From NCBI RefSeq assembly GCF_052938775.1, contig NZ_CM129038.1: 32,000 nt of DNA; one strand, 5' to 3'. The notes beneath the pieces were generated by a model. The model made no database searches. It saw only the letters and a list, made by a program, of their open reading frames with translations, and had not been told where the DNA came from. Below are positions 8,666 through 22,021 of the stretch, piece after piece. A program made the translations under genes and the position numbers. Within the stretch, counting starts at the first letter, position 1. Every line of letters begins with the position of its first letter.

Positions 8666-9979
8666 ATGTTTGATTACATCCTGTCTCTCGGCGGTACCGT
8701 TTTCGTCCCTATCATCATGATCGTGATTGGCCTTATCTTCCGCATCCCCTGGCTGCAGGCGATTAAGGCAGGGGTAACGGTTGGGATTGGTTTTGTCGGT
8801 ATGGGACTGGTGATCGTCATGGCGATCGACAGCCTCAGTCCCCCTATCAAAGTGATGATTGAGCGTTTCGGCCTGGCCCTGCATGTCTTTGACGTTGGCG
8901 CAGGCCCTGCCTCCGGCGTTGGTTATGCGACAGCCATTGGCGCCATGATTATCCCAGTTATTTTTCTTCTCAATGTCGCCATGCTGGTCACCCGTCTGAC
9001 CAAAACGATGAACGTCGATATTTACAATTACTGGCACTACGCCATTACGGGTACGGTGGTCCAGCTTATGACCGGTAGCCTGATTTATGGTGTGCTGGGG
9101 GCAATCTGCCATGCGGCGCTATCGTTAAAAATGGCCGACTGGACGGCAAAACGGGTACAGAACATCGTCGGGCTGGAAGGTATTTCGATACCGCAAGGCT
9201 ACGGTTCCAGTTCAGTACCGCTTTTCGTTCTACTTGATGCTATCTATGAAAAAATCCCTTTCATGAAGGGACGCAATATCGATGCTCAGGAGATCCAGAA
9301 ACGCTACGGCATGGTCGGCGATCCGGTGATTATCGGCGTAGTGCTCGGTCTGATTTTTGGCCTGGCGGCTGGTGAAGGCTTTAAAGGTTGCGCCAGTCTG
9401 ATGATTACCGTTGCGGCAATCATGGTGCTGTTCCCGCGCATGATCCGCCTGATTGTTGAGGGCCTGATGCCCATCTCCGACGGTGCAAGAAAGTTCTTCC
9501 AGAAATATTTCAAAGGACGTGAAGTGTATATCGGTCTGGATACTGCTGTGACGCTGGGGCATCCAACCACCATTGCTGTCGGTCTGCTACTGATACCCAT
9601 TATGTTAATTCTGGCCAGCATTTTACCGGGCAACAAAGTGTTACCCCTCGCAGACCTGCCGGTAGCACCGTTCTTTATCTGTATGGCTACGGTTATCCAC
9701 CGCGGAGACCTGGTCAGGACGTTGATAAGCGGGGTCATCGTGATGATTACCGTCCTGCTGATCGCCACCCAGTTCGCGCCTTACTTCACTGAAATGGCGC
9801 TCAAAGGCGGTTTCAGTTTTGCCGGTGAAAGTGCGCAAATCTCAGCGTTGTCCGTGGGCAATATGTTCGGTTGGTCGATTTCTGAATTGATGTCGCTTGG
9901 GATTATTGGCGTTGTCGTGGCGGTCGGTATTGTCGCCAGCGTCGTGCTGTTCTTACGTAAACGTGAATTATCGGAATAA
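8666..9979 (+). CDS. sgcC: PTS EIIC permease (galactitol family)
   Basis: 437-aa polytopic membrane protein. It sits within the sgc cluster. Confidence 0.92.
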   Translation: MFDYILSLGGTVFVPIIMIVIGLIFRIPWLQAIKAGVTVGIGFVGMGLVIVMAIDSLSPPIKVMIERFGLALHVFDVGAGPASGVGYATAIGAMIIPVIFLLNVAMLVTRLTKTMNVDIYNYWHYAITGTVVQLMTGSLIYGVLGAICHAALSLKMADWTAKRVQNIVGLEGISIPQGYGSSSVPLFVLLDAIYEKIPFMKGRNIDAQEIQKRYGMVGDPVIIGVVLGLIFGLAAGEGFKGCASLMITVAAIMVLFPRMIRLIVEGLMPISDGARKFFQKYFKGREVYIGLDTAVTLGHPTTIAVGLLLIPIMLILASILPGNKVLPLADLPVAPFFICMATVIHRGDLVRTLISGVIVMITVLLIATQFAPYFTEMALKGGFSFAGESAQISALSVGNMFGWSISELMSLGIIGVVVAVGIVASVVLFLRKRELSE

Positions 9980-9991
9980 GGAGTACTTTCA

Positions 9992-10798
9992 ATGAGTTGG
10001 CTGAAAGAGGTTATTGGGACGGAAAAAGCGGTCATCGCCATGTGCCATCTACGTGCATTGCCCGGCGACCCGAGTTTTGATGCGCAGTTGGGGATGAACT
10101 GGGTTATCGACAAAGCCTGGGACGATCTGATGGCGCTCCAAAATGGTGGGGTGGATGCAGTCATGTTCTCCAACGAGTTTAGTCTTCCCTATCTCACGAA
10201 GGTGCGTCCGGAAACCACTGCGGCAATGGCACGAATCATCGGGCAATTAATGAGCGATATCCGCATCCCGTTTGGCGTGAATGTTCTGTGGGATCCGGTC
10301 GCCTCATTCGACCTGGCGATGGCTACCGGCGCTAAGTTTATCCGCGAGATATTTACCGGTGCCTATGCCAGCGACTTTGGCGTCTGGGACACTAACGTCG
10401 GTGAGACCATCCGTCATCAACACCGGATTGGTGCAGGCGAAGTGAAAACCTTGTTCAATATCGTCCCAGAGGCCGCCGTGTATCTGGGCAATCGCGATAT
10501 CTGTTCTATTGCTAAATCGACAGTATTTAACAACCATCCTGATGCGCTCTGTGTTTCTGGCCTGACCGCCGGGACGCGTACAGACAGCGCGCTGTTAAAA
10601 CGGGTCAAAGAAACGGTGCCTGACACCGTCGTGTTGGCCAACACGGGCGTCTGCCTGGAAAACGTGGAGGAACAACTCAGTATCGCCGATGGCTGTGTGA
10701 CCGCAACCACCTTTAAAAAGGACGGCGTTTTTGCCAATTTCGTTGACCAGGCGCGAGTCAGTCAGTTTATGGAGAAAGTGCATCATATACGCCGATAA
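9992..10798 (+). CDS. sgcQ: BtpA/SgcQ-family TIM-barrel protein
   Basis: 268 aa, in sgc cluster synteny. Confidence 0.88.
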   Translation: MSWLKEVIGTEKAVIAMCHLRALPGDPSFDAQLGMNWVIDKAWDDLMALQNGGVDAVMFSNEFSLPYLTKVRPETTAAMARIIGQLMSDIRIPFGVNVLWDPVASFDLAMATGAKFIREIFTGAYASDFGVWDTNVGETIRHQHRIGAGEVKTLFNIVPEAAVYLGNRDICSIAKSTVFNNHPDALCVSGLTAGTRTDSALLKRVKETVPDTVVLANTGVCLENVEEQLSIADGCVTATTFKKDGVFANFVDQARVSQFMEKVHHIRR

Positions 10799-10928
10799 GA
10801 TAGGGATAAGCAGAGCGCTTATCCCCGGCAAAGAGCAATAACCCTTCTGCGATCCCTGCCGCCTTCGTCAAAAGTATCGACGGGGATCGCTACCAGATTA
10901 ACCCGAATCGGCATGGAGTCAACGACGG

Positions 10929-11360
10929 ATGATTAACGATATTAAATGGGTACAGGCACAACGTGAAGCCACCGACTGGCGTCAGGCCGTGGAAATCGCC
11001 ACCCGCCCGCTGGTAGCCTATGGTGCCGCGCAGCCATGCTACGTTAATGGGATCATCGAAAATACCCTTAACTGGGGGCCTTATTATCTGATAGCCCCAG
11101 GAATCGCCTTGCCTCACGCCCGACCAGAGCAAGGCGCAAACTATAATCAGGTCAGTATCACCACGCTACGCACCCCGGTCGCCTTTGGTAACGAGGAGTG
11201 CGACCCCGTCTGGCTGCTTCTCTGCGTCAGCGCCACAGATGCCAACGCACATATTTTGACCATTCAGCGCATCAGCCAGTTTATTGATTCGCCACAACGC
11301 TTAGCGGCAGTGGGAAATGCCAGCACAGACGATGCACTGTTTGCGCTGGTATCAGGTTAA
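10929..11360 (+). CDS. sgcA: PTS EIIA component
   Basis: 143 aa with the EIIA (mannitol/fructose-type) active-site region IALPHARPE. Confidence 0.9.
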   Translation: MINDIKWVQAQREATDWRQAVEIATRPLVAYGAAQPCYVNGIIENTLNWGPYYLIAPGIALPHARPEQGANYNQVSITTLRTPVAFGNEECDPVWLLLCVSATDANAHILTIQRISQFIDSPQRLAAVGNASTDDALFALVSG

Positions 11361-11371
11361 CGGAGGCGCTT

Positions 11372-12004
11372 ATGATCCTGCACCCTTCTCTCGCCAGCGC
11401 AAATCCTCTGCACTATGGTCGTGAGCTGACGGCATTGGACAATCTGGATTTTGGGAGCCTGCATCTGGATATTGAGGACAGCAGCTTCATTAACAACATT
11501 ACGTTTGGGATGAAAACGGTGCAGGCCGTCGCCAGACAGACGCCTCATCCCTTGTCCTTTCATTTCATGGTTGCCCGGCCACAGCGCTGGTTTAACGCGC
11601 TGGCTGAAATCAGACCCGCGTGGATCTTCGTTCATGCAGAAACGCTGGACTATCCTTCGGAAACGTTAACTGAGATCCGCCATACCGGCGCACGAGCCGG
11701 ACTGGTATTTAATCCGGCAACCCCGATCGACGCCTGGCGATATCTGGCGTCTGAGCTGGACGGAGTGATGGTGATGACCAGTGAGCCCGATGGGCAGGGA
11801 CAGCGGTTTATTCCCTCCATGTGCGAGAAAATCCAAAAAGTACGCACGGCTTTTCCTCAGACCGAGTGCTGGGCCGACGGTGGAATTACGCTGGCAGCTG
11901 CACAGCAACTGGCAGCAGCCGGGGCGCAACATATGGTGATTGGGCGCGCCCTGTTCTCTTCATCTGACTATCGCGCGACCTTAGCTCAATTCGCCACCCT
12001 GTAA
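11372..12004 (+). CDS. sgcE: Ribulose-phosphate 3-epimerase-like protein
   Basis: 210 aa, Rpe family (LHLDIEDSSF, ADGGI). Confidence 0.9.
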   Translation: MILHPSLASANPLHYGRELTALDNLDFGSLHLDIEDSSFINNITFGMKTVQAVARQTPHPLSFHFMVARPQRWFNALAEIRPAWIFVHAETLDYPSETLTEIRHTGARAGLVFNPATPIDAWRYLASELDGVMVMTSEPDGQGQRFIPSMCEKIQKVRTAFPQTECWADGGITLAAAQQLAAAGAQHMVIGRALFSSSDYRATLAQFATL

Positions 12005-12020
12005 GAGGAGATTGTTTCTG

Positions 12021-12803
12021 ATGAGCCAACAGAGACCTGACCGTATCAAACAGATGCTGCACTACCTGTGGCAACATCGTCACCTCTCCACACAGCAGGC
12101 CATGGAGCTTTTTGGCTATGCGGAAGCGACTGTCCGTCGTGATTTCCAGTATATTGCCAACCAGTATCCAGGCATGATCCGCGGTCACGGTTGCCTGGAC
12201 TTCGACGACAGTACAGACGACAAAGAGTACGTCTTCGACGTGAAACGTACATTGCAATCTGTGGCGAAAAGAGAAATAGCTGCCCTTGCCCGAACAATGA
12301 TCAAAGATGGCGACTGCTTTTTTCTCGACTCCGGCTCAACCTGCCTCGAACTGGCGAAATACCTGGCCGATGCGCGGGTAAAGGTCATCTGCAACGACAT
12401 TAAAATCGCCAATGAACTGGGCTGTTTTCCCCATGTGGAAAGTTACATTATCGGAGGACTGATTCGCCCAGGTTATTTTTCGGTAGGAGAGAGTCTGGCG
12501 CTGGAGATGATCAATGCCTTTTCCGTAGAACGTGCGTTTATCTCCTGCGATGCGCTGTCGCTGGAGACGGGGATCACCAATGCCACCATGTTTGAGGTCG
12601 GGGTGAAAACACGGATTATTCAACGCTCGCGTGAAGTTATTCTCATGGCCGATCACTCAAAATTTGATGCCGTTGAGCCGCATGCTGTAGCAACACTATC
12701 ATGTATTAAAACGATCATCAGTGACAGCGGGTTACCTGAGACTATTGCACAGCGTTATCAGCGAGCCGGATGTCAGTTGTTTTTACCTCATTCAATAAAG
12801 TGA
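12021..12803 (+). CDS. sgcR: DeoR-family transcriptional regulator
   Basis: ORF 12012..12803. The ATG at 12021 gives 260 aa, with an N-terminal wHTH and a C-terminal DeoR sugar-binding domain. Confidence 0.9.
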   Translation: MSQQRPDRIKQMLHYLWQHRHLSTQQAMELFGYAEATVRRDFQYIANQYPGMIRGHGCLDFDDSTDDKEYVFDVKRTLQSVAKREIAALARTMIKDGDCFFLDSGSTCLELAKYLADARVKVICNDIKIANELGCFPHVESYIIGGLIRPGYFSVGESLALEMINAFSVERAFISCDALSLETGITNATMFEVGVKTRIIQRSREVILMADHSKFDAVEPHAVATLSCIKTIISDSGLPETIAQRYQRAGCQLFLPHSIK

Positions 12804-13027
12804 TAAGTAAGTTCGTTCGAGAGGGATTTCAAGCAAAAATAATCAATGGCACCCAATAGAAAATATTGGCGATGCGCTCGAACGAATAAAGAAGCCCTAT
12901 GCGCAATCCACACGCTACGATGTTGCAACAACACGCCATCTACTTTTTATTCTCATTCACTAAATGTGGTTGTTCTGGATTCATTATTCAAAGTGTGTAC
13001 AAGATCACATTTAATCACTTCATTACA

Positions 13028-13043
13028 GTTCAGCATGCTGAAC
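13028..13043. promoter_or_regulatory. Perfect 16-bp palindrome GTTCAGCATGCTGAAC upstream of yjhI (candidate IclR-type operator)
   Basis: Seen directly. It lies 63-78 nt upstream of the yjhI start, in an AT-rich promoter region. Confidence 0.4.
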
Positions 13044-13105
13044 AAAGCATATTTTCCACTATGTAATGCCGATACCATTTATTCCATGAGCAAGAAGGAG
13101 CCATT

Positions 13106-13894
13106 ATGGTTCGCAAAGGGTGTAATTCATTAGTCCGTGCTGAAAAAATATTAACCCACATTGCATGGGTTGGTATGGCAAGTTATATGGAGTTATTAAA
13201 TAAATTCCAGTACCCCAAAAGCAGCCTGCTTAATTTATTGAATGTAATGGTGGAGTGTGGTTTCTTAATTAAAAACAAAAACGGCTACTATTCACTGGGA
13301 ATAAAAAACTACGAATTGGGTTGTCAGGCGTTACACCGTCAAAATATATTTGAGGTGACTAAGCGGCCAATGCAGGAGTTGTCGCTGAAAAGTGGACTGG
13401 TTTGTCATCTTGGGGCGATGGAGAGCATTTCGGCTATCTATCTCGACAAGATCGAAAGTCCGGACTCTGTACCGACGAGCAAAAGCTGGATTGGCAAAAA
13501 ACTTGAGTTGCATATTACCGCGTTGGGTAAGGCATTATTAGCCTGGAAGACACGAGAAGAACTGGATTATTTTTTAGAAGCACTCACGTTAACTCCACAT
13601 ACGCGCAATACATTTACCGATAAAAAATTGTTTCTGGAAGAATTACAAAAAACACGCCTTCGGGGATGGGCCATAGACAACGAAGAATCAACCTATGGGG
13701 CGGTATGTTTAAGTATGCCGGTATTCAATATGTATAACAGAGTTAACTATGCAATCTCACTTTCTGGCGATCCGGTAGTTTATTCAGGAAATAAGATAGA
13801 CAGCTATCTGGAATTGCTCCGGAAATGCGCTGAGCAAATATCATATGGGCTGGGATACAGAAACGAAAATGAGCATTTACGAAAAGGAAACTGA
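13106..13894 (+). CDS. yjhI: IclR-family transcriptional regulator
   Basis: 262 aa, with an N-terminal wHTH and an IclR effector domain. AAGGAG lies upstream. Confidence 0.9.
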   Translation: MVRKGCNSLVRAEKILTHIAWVGMASYMELLNKFQYPKSSLLNLLNVMVECGFLIKNKNGYYSLGIKNYELGCQALHRQNIFEVTKRPMQELSLKSGLVCHLGAMESISAIYLDKIESPDSVPTSKSWIGKKLELHITALGKALLAWKTREELDYFLEALTLTPHTRNTFTDKKLFLEELQKTRLRGWAIDNEESTYGAVCLSMPVFNMYNRVNYAISLSGDPVVYSGNKIDSYLELLRKCAEQISYGLGYRNENEHLRKGN

Positions 13895-13898
13895 GGTA

Positions 13899-14804
13899 AT
13901 GAAAAAATTCAGCGGCATTATTCCACCGGTATCCAGCACGTTTCATCGTGACGGAACCCTTGATAAAAAGGCAATGCGCGAAGTTGCCGACTTCCTGATT
14001 AATAAAGGGGTCGACGGGCTGTTTTATCTGGGTACCGGTGGTGAATTTAGCCAAATGAATACAGCCCAGCGCATGGCGCTCGCCGAAGAAGCTGTAACCA
14101 TTGTCGACGGGCGAGTGCCGGTATTGATTGGCGTCGGTTCCCCTTCCACTGACGAAGCGGTCAAACTGGCGCAGCATGCGCAAGCCTACGGCGCTGATGG
14201 TATCGTCGCCATCAACCCCTACTACTGGAAAGTCGCACCACGAAATCTTGACGACTATTACCAGCAGATCGCCCGTAGCGTCACCCTACCGGTGATCCTG
14301 TACAACTTTCCGGATCTGACGGGTCAGGACTTAACCCCGGAAACCGTGACGCGTCTGGCTCTGCAAAACGAGAATATCGTTGGCATCAAAGACACCATCG
14401 ACAGCGTTGGTCACTTGCGTACGATGATCAACACAGTTAAGTCGGTACGCCCGTCGTTTTCGGTATTCTGCGGTTACGATGATCATTTGCTGAATACGAT
14501 GCTGCTGGGCGGCGACGGTGCGATAACCGCCAGCGCTAACTTTGCTCCGGAACTTTCCGTCGGCATCTACCGCGCCTGGCGTGAAGGCGATCTGGCGACC
14601 GCTGCGACGCTGAATAAAAAACTACTACAACTGCCCGCTATTTACGCCCTCGAAACACCGTTTGTCTCACTGATCAAATACAGCATGCAGTGTGTCGGGC
14701 TGCCTGTAGAGACATATTGCTTACCACCGATTCTTGAAGCATCAGAAGAAGCAAAAGATAAAGTCCACGTGCTGCTTACCGCGCAGGGCATTTTACCAGT
14801 CTGA
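13899..14804 (+). CDS. yjhH: 2-dehydro-3-deoxy-D-pentonate aldolase (DHDPS/NAL family)
   Basis: ORF 13845..14804. The ATG at 13899 gives 301 aa (MKKFSGIIPPVSSTF...), DapA-like, with the active-site Lys context GIKDT. Confidence 0.92.
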   Translation: MKKFSGIIPPVSSTFHRDGTLDKKAMREVADFLINKGVDGLFYLGTGGEFSQMNTAQRMALAEEAVTIVDGRVPVLIGVGSPSTDEAVKLAQHAQAYGADGIVAINPYYWKVAPRNLDDYYQQIARSVTLPVILYNFPDLTGQDLTPETVTRLALQNENIVGIKDTIDSVGHLRTMINTVKSVRPSFSVFCGYDDHLLNTMLLGGDGAITASANFAPELSVGIYRAWREGDLATAATLNKKLLQLPAIYALETPFVSLIKYSMQCVGLPVETYCLPPILEASEEAKDKVHVLLTAQGILPV

Positions 14805-14814
14805 GGAGAAACTC

Positions 14815-16782
14815 ATGTCTGTTCGCAATATTTTTGCTGACGAGAGCCACGATATTTACACCGTCAGAACGCACGCCGATGGCCCGGACGGCGAACTCCC
14901 ATTAACCGCAGAGATGCTTATCAACCGCCCGAGCGGGGATCTGTTCGGTATGACCATGAATGCCGGAATGGGTTGGTCTCCGGACGAGCTGGATCGGGAC
15001 GGTATTTTACTGCTCAGTACACTCGGTGGCTTACGCGGCGCAGACGGTAAACCCGTGGCGCTGGCGCTGCACCAGGGGCATTACGAACTGGACATCCAGA
15101 TAAAAGCGGCGGCCGAGGTTATTAAAGCCAACCATGCCCTGCCCTATGCCGTGTACGTCTCCGATCCTTGTGACGGGCGTACTCAGGGTACAACGGGGAT
15201 GTTTGATTCGCTACCATACCGAAATGACGCATCGATGGTAATGCGCCGCCTTATTCGCTCTCTGCCCGACGCGAAAGCAGTTATTGGTGTGGCGAGTTGC
15301 GATAAGGGGCTTCCGGCCACCATGATGGCACTCGCCGCGCAGCACAACATCGCAACCGTGCTGGTCCCCGGCGGCGCGACGCTGCCCGCAAAGGATGGAG
15401 AAGACAACGGCAAGGTGCAAACCATTGGCGCACGCTTCGCCAATGGCGAATTATCTCTACAGGACGCACGCCGTGCGGGCTGTAAAGCCTGTGCCTCTTC
15501 CGGCGGCGGCTGTCAATTTTTGGGCACTGCCGGGACATCTCAGGTGGTGGCCGAAGGATTGGGGCTGGCAATCCCACATTCAGCCCTTGCCCCTTCCGGT
15601 GAGCCTGTGTGGCGGGAGATCGCCAGAGCTTCCGCGCGAGCTGCGCTGAACCTGAGTCAAAAAGGCATCACCACCCGGGAAATTCTCACCGATAAAGCGA
15701 TAGAGAATGCGATGACGGTCCATGCCGCGTTCGGTGGTTCAACAAACCTGCTGTTACACATCCCGGCAATTGCTCACCAGGCAGGTTGCCATATCCCGAC
15801 CGTTGATGACTGGATCCGCATCAACAAGCGCGTGCCCCGACTGGTGAGCGTACTGCCTAATGGCCCGGTTTATCATCCAACGGTCAATGCCTTTATGGCA
15901 GGTGGTGTGCCGGAAGTCATGTTGCATCTGCGCAGCCTCGGATTGTTGCATGAAGACGTTATGACGGTTACCGGCAGCACGCTGAAAGAAAACCTCGACT
16001 GGTGGGAGCACTCCGAACGGCGTCAGCGGTTCAAGCAACTCCTGCTCGATCAGGAACAAATCAACGCTGACGAAGTGATCATGTCTCCGCAGCAAGCAAA
16101 AGCGCGCGGATTAACCTCAACTATCACCTTCCCGGTGGGTAATATTGCGCCAGAAGGTTCGGTGATCAAATCCACCGCCATTGACCCCTCGATGATTGAT
16201 GAGCAAGGTATCTATTACCATAAAGGTGTGGCGAAGGTTTATCTGTCCGAGAAAAGTGCGATTTACGATATCAAACATGACAAGATCAAGGCGGGCGATA
16301 TTCTGGTCATTATTGGCGTTGGACCTTCAGGTACAGGGATGGAAGAAACCTACCAGGTTACCAGTGCCCTGAAGCATCTGTCATACGGTAAGCATGTTTC
16401 GTTAATCACCGATGCACGTTTCTCGGGCGTTTCTACTGGCGCGTGCATCGGCCATGTGGGGCCAGAAGCGCTGGCCGGAGGCCCCATCGGTAAATTACGC
16501 ACCGGGGATGTAATTGAAATTAAAATTGATTGTCGCGAGCTTCACGGCGAAGTCAATTTCCTCGGAACCCGTAGCGATGAACAATTACCTTCACAGGAGG
16601 AGGCAACTGCAATATTAAATGCCAGACCCAGCCATCAGGATTTACTTCCCGATCCTGAATTGCCAGATGATACCCAGCTATGGGCAATGCTTCAGGCCGT
16701 GAGTGGCGGGACATGGACCGGTTGTATTTATGATGTAAACAAAATTGGCGCGGCTTTGCGCGATTTTATGAATAAAAACTGA
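14815..16782 (+). CDS. yjhG: D-xylonate dehydratase (IlvD/Edd family)
   Basis: ORF 14734..16782. The ATG at 14815 (GAGGAG upstream) gives 655 aa (MSVRNIFADESHD...). IlvD/Edd signatures are present. Confidence 0.94.
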   Translation: MSVRNIFADESHDIYTVRTHADGPDGELPLTAEMLINRPSGDLFGMTMNAGMGWSPDELDRDGILLLSTLGGLRGADGKPVALALHQGHYELDIQIKAAAEVIKANHALPYAVYVSDPCDGRTQGTTGMFDSLPYRNDASMVMRRLIRSLPDAKAVIGVASCDKGLPATMMALAAQHNIATVLVPGGATLPAKDGEDNGKVQTIGARFANGELSLQDARRAGCKACASSGGGCQFLGTAGTSQVVAEGLGLAIPHSALAPSGEPVWREIARASARAALNLSQKGITTREILTDKAIENAMTVHAAFGGSTNLLLHIPAIAHQAGCHIPTVDDWIRINKRVPRLVSVLPNGPVYHPTVNAFMAGGVPEVMLHLRSLGLLHEDVMTVTGSTLKENLDWWEHSERRQRFKQLLLDQEQINADEVIMSPQQAKARGLTSTITFPVGNIAPEGSVIKSTAIDPSMIDEQGIYYHKGVAKVYLSEKSAIYDIKHDKIKAGDILVIIGVGPSGTGMEETYQVTSALKHLSYGKHVSLITDARFSGVSTGACIGHVGPEALAGGPIGKLRTGDVIEIKIDCRELHGEVNFLGTRSDEQLPSQEEATAILNARPSHQDLLPDPELPDDTQLWAMLQAVSGGTWTGCIYDVNKIGAALRDFMNKN

Positions 16783-16888
16783 AAGCATAAATAAAAACAT
16801 CCAGACACCTGAATTATCCGACTCTGCATCATTCGTTATTTGCTCAGTCGGATAATGATGGGTCGCTACCCTGTTATGAGAGGACGTT

Positions 16889-18238
16889 ATGCCACTAATT
16901 ATCGTTGTGGCAGGGATTGCTTTACTCCTGCTTTTAACCATAAAAATTAAGCTTAATACGTTTGTTTCGTTAATTATTGTCTCGATTGCTGTCGCCATCG
17001 CCAGTGGTATGGATTTGAGTAAAGTCGTCACCTCAGTCGAATCCGGGCTTGGCGGTACGCTGGGCCATATTGGTTTGATATTTGGCTTCGGTGTTATGCT
17101 CGGTCGCTTGCTGGCCGATGCGGGTGGTGCGCAGCGAATAGCGCTGACCATGCTGAATTATTTCGGGAAAAATAAACTTGACTGGGCAGTGGTCTGTTCG
17201 GCGTTTATTGTCGGTATCGCACTTTTTTTCGAAGTCGGTTTAATTCTTCTGGTACCTATTTTATTCGCTATTGCCCGTGAAGCAAAAATATCACCGATGT
17301 TTATGTGTGTGCCGATGCTTTCTGGTTTGCTGGTCGCACACGGTTTTTTGCCGCCGCACCCCGGCCCGACTGTTATCGCCAGGGAATATGGCGCTGATGT
17401 AGGATTGGTACTGATATACGGTATCATTGTCGGCATTCCAACCTTTATTCTTTGCGGCCCGGTATTGAATAAATTCTGCCAGCGCATTATTCCGGACGCC
17501 TTTAAAAAAGAGGGGAATATAGCCTCTCTCGGCGCGACCCGCCGATTCAGCGAAAGCGAAATGCCAGGCTTTGGGATCAGTTTTCTCACGGCAATGCTGC
17601 CGGTGATCCTGATGGCGGTTGTCACCATCATCCAGATGACTCATGCCAAAAGTGCCGCGGATTCTGGCTTATTTTACAACGTGATACTGTTCTTAGGTAA
17701 TTCGACGATCGCCATGCTGATTTCACTGCTGTTCGCGATCTATACCATGGGCCTGGGGCGCGGGAAAACAATCCCTGACCTGATGGATTCTTGCGGAAAA
17801 GCTATCGCGGGTATTGCCGGTCTGCTGCTGATTATCGGTGGTGGTGGTGCATTCAAGCAAGTTCTCATCGACTCTGGCGTTGGTCAGTATATTTCCACCC
17901 TGGTTTCGGGTATGGATATTAACCCGATCTTGATGGCCTGGGGCGTGGCCGCATTCCTGCGTATTTGTCTGGGTTCAGCCACCGTCGCGGCGATCTCTAC
18001 CGCCGGTCTGGTCATCCCATTGTTGGCAGTACATCCCAATACCAACCTGGCCTTGATTACGCTGGCTACCGGTGCCGGATCCTGTATTTGTTCTCACGTT
18101 AACGATGCCAGTTTCTGGATGATTAAAGACTTTTTTGGCCTGACCACCAAAGAAACGCTGTTATCCTGGACGTTGATGTCCACACTCTTATCCATCAGTG
18201 GGCTGATTTTTATTCTGCTCGCCAGCTTAGTTTTATAA
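16889..18238 (+). CDS. yjhF: GntP-family transporter
   Basis: 449-aa polytopic membrane protein, following yjhG in synteny. Confidence 0.92.
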
Positions 18239-18532
18239 TCGGGTTCTTGCCAGTGAGCCAACCTGTTGTTCACTGTCCCCCATAATTTAGTGAGTGACGG
18301 CAACCGTCTGCACGGTGACGAATCGCTGGCGATCAAAAAGGGGCGATATTGAACCGTCGATTATGCTTGATGGGTGTACTCTCAGTAATACTGTAAAGCC
18401 GGAGCATGTCTCCGACTTTACAGTATGGGGGAACAGCAGGCGATCGCTCAAATGGTATGCTGGTTTATTTCATGTAAAAGAATAAAATATCTGTATAAAA
18501 TCATGCCACTGGCAATCTGCATCAACTCTCCG

Positions 18533-19286
<754 letters not shown>

Positions 19287-19301
19287 CACCACTTTAATAT
19301 C

Positions 19302-20725
<1,424 letters not shown>

Positions 20726-20736
20726 TCATGAAGATA

Positions 20737-20793
20737 TTCCGCTTCCTCGACCACTCGCTCACTACGTTCGGTCGCTGGGTCTGCGGCGAGCGG
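20737..20793 (-). other. Candidate single-strand initiation / primosome assembly site (ColE1 pas-like), possible complementary-strand origin
   Basis: TTCCGCTTCCTCGACCACTCGCTCACTACGTTCGGTCGCTGGGTCTGCGGCGAGCGG. It shares identical 13-, 7- and 13-nt blocks, in order, with the pMB1/pUC segment downstream of ori as I recall it. Internal complementarity: CCGCT/AGCGG and CGACC/GGTCG. Confidence 0.4.
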
Positions 20794-20806
20794 AGTGTCC
20801 TCTGTC

Positions 20807-22021
<1,215 letters not shown>

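Noticed and set aside
8648-9768. Several 110-154-aa minus-strand ORFs inside sgcC (8648..9112, 9230..9562, 9304..9768).
   Set aside because: They are antisense to a conserved PTS EIIC gene, with low-complexity His/Arg/Asp-rich translations and no RBS.
10803-10825. The hairpin GGGATAAGC-agagc-GCTTATCCC after sgcQ, considered as a terminator or REP element.
   Set aside because: There is no T-tract, it does not match the REP consensus as I recall it, and it lies within an operon. It is at most an intercistronic stem, and the support is too weak to list it as a feature.
12846-13133. A 95-aa plus-strand ORF in the yjhI upstream region.
   Set aside because: It lies in an AT-rich promoter region, has no RBS, runs into the yjhI start and its sequence is not protein-like.
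18294-18485. A 63-aa ORF downstream of yjhF.
   Set aside because: It has no RBS and an arbitrary-looking composition, and it spans the long hairpin, so it is likely non-coding.
18480-18520. I looked for a dif-like XerCD site (GGTGCGCATAATGTATATTATGTTAAAT) at the prophage ends, because CUS-1/Ypf/CTX-type inoviruses integrate at dif. ATCTGTATAAAATCATG drew attention.
   Set aside because: Only the central TGTATA resembles dif, neither Xer-binding arm is present, and the locus is far from the terminus context. Integration by the encoded IS110-type recombinase is more plausible.
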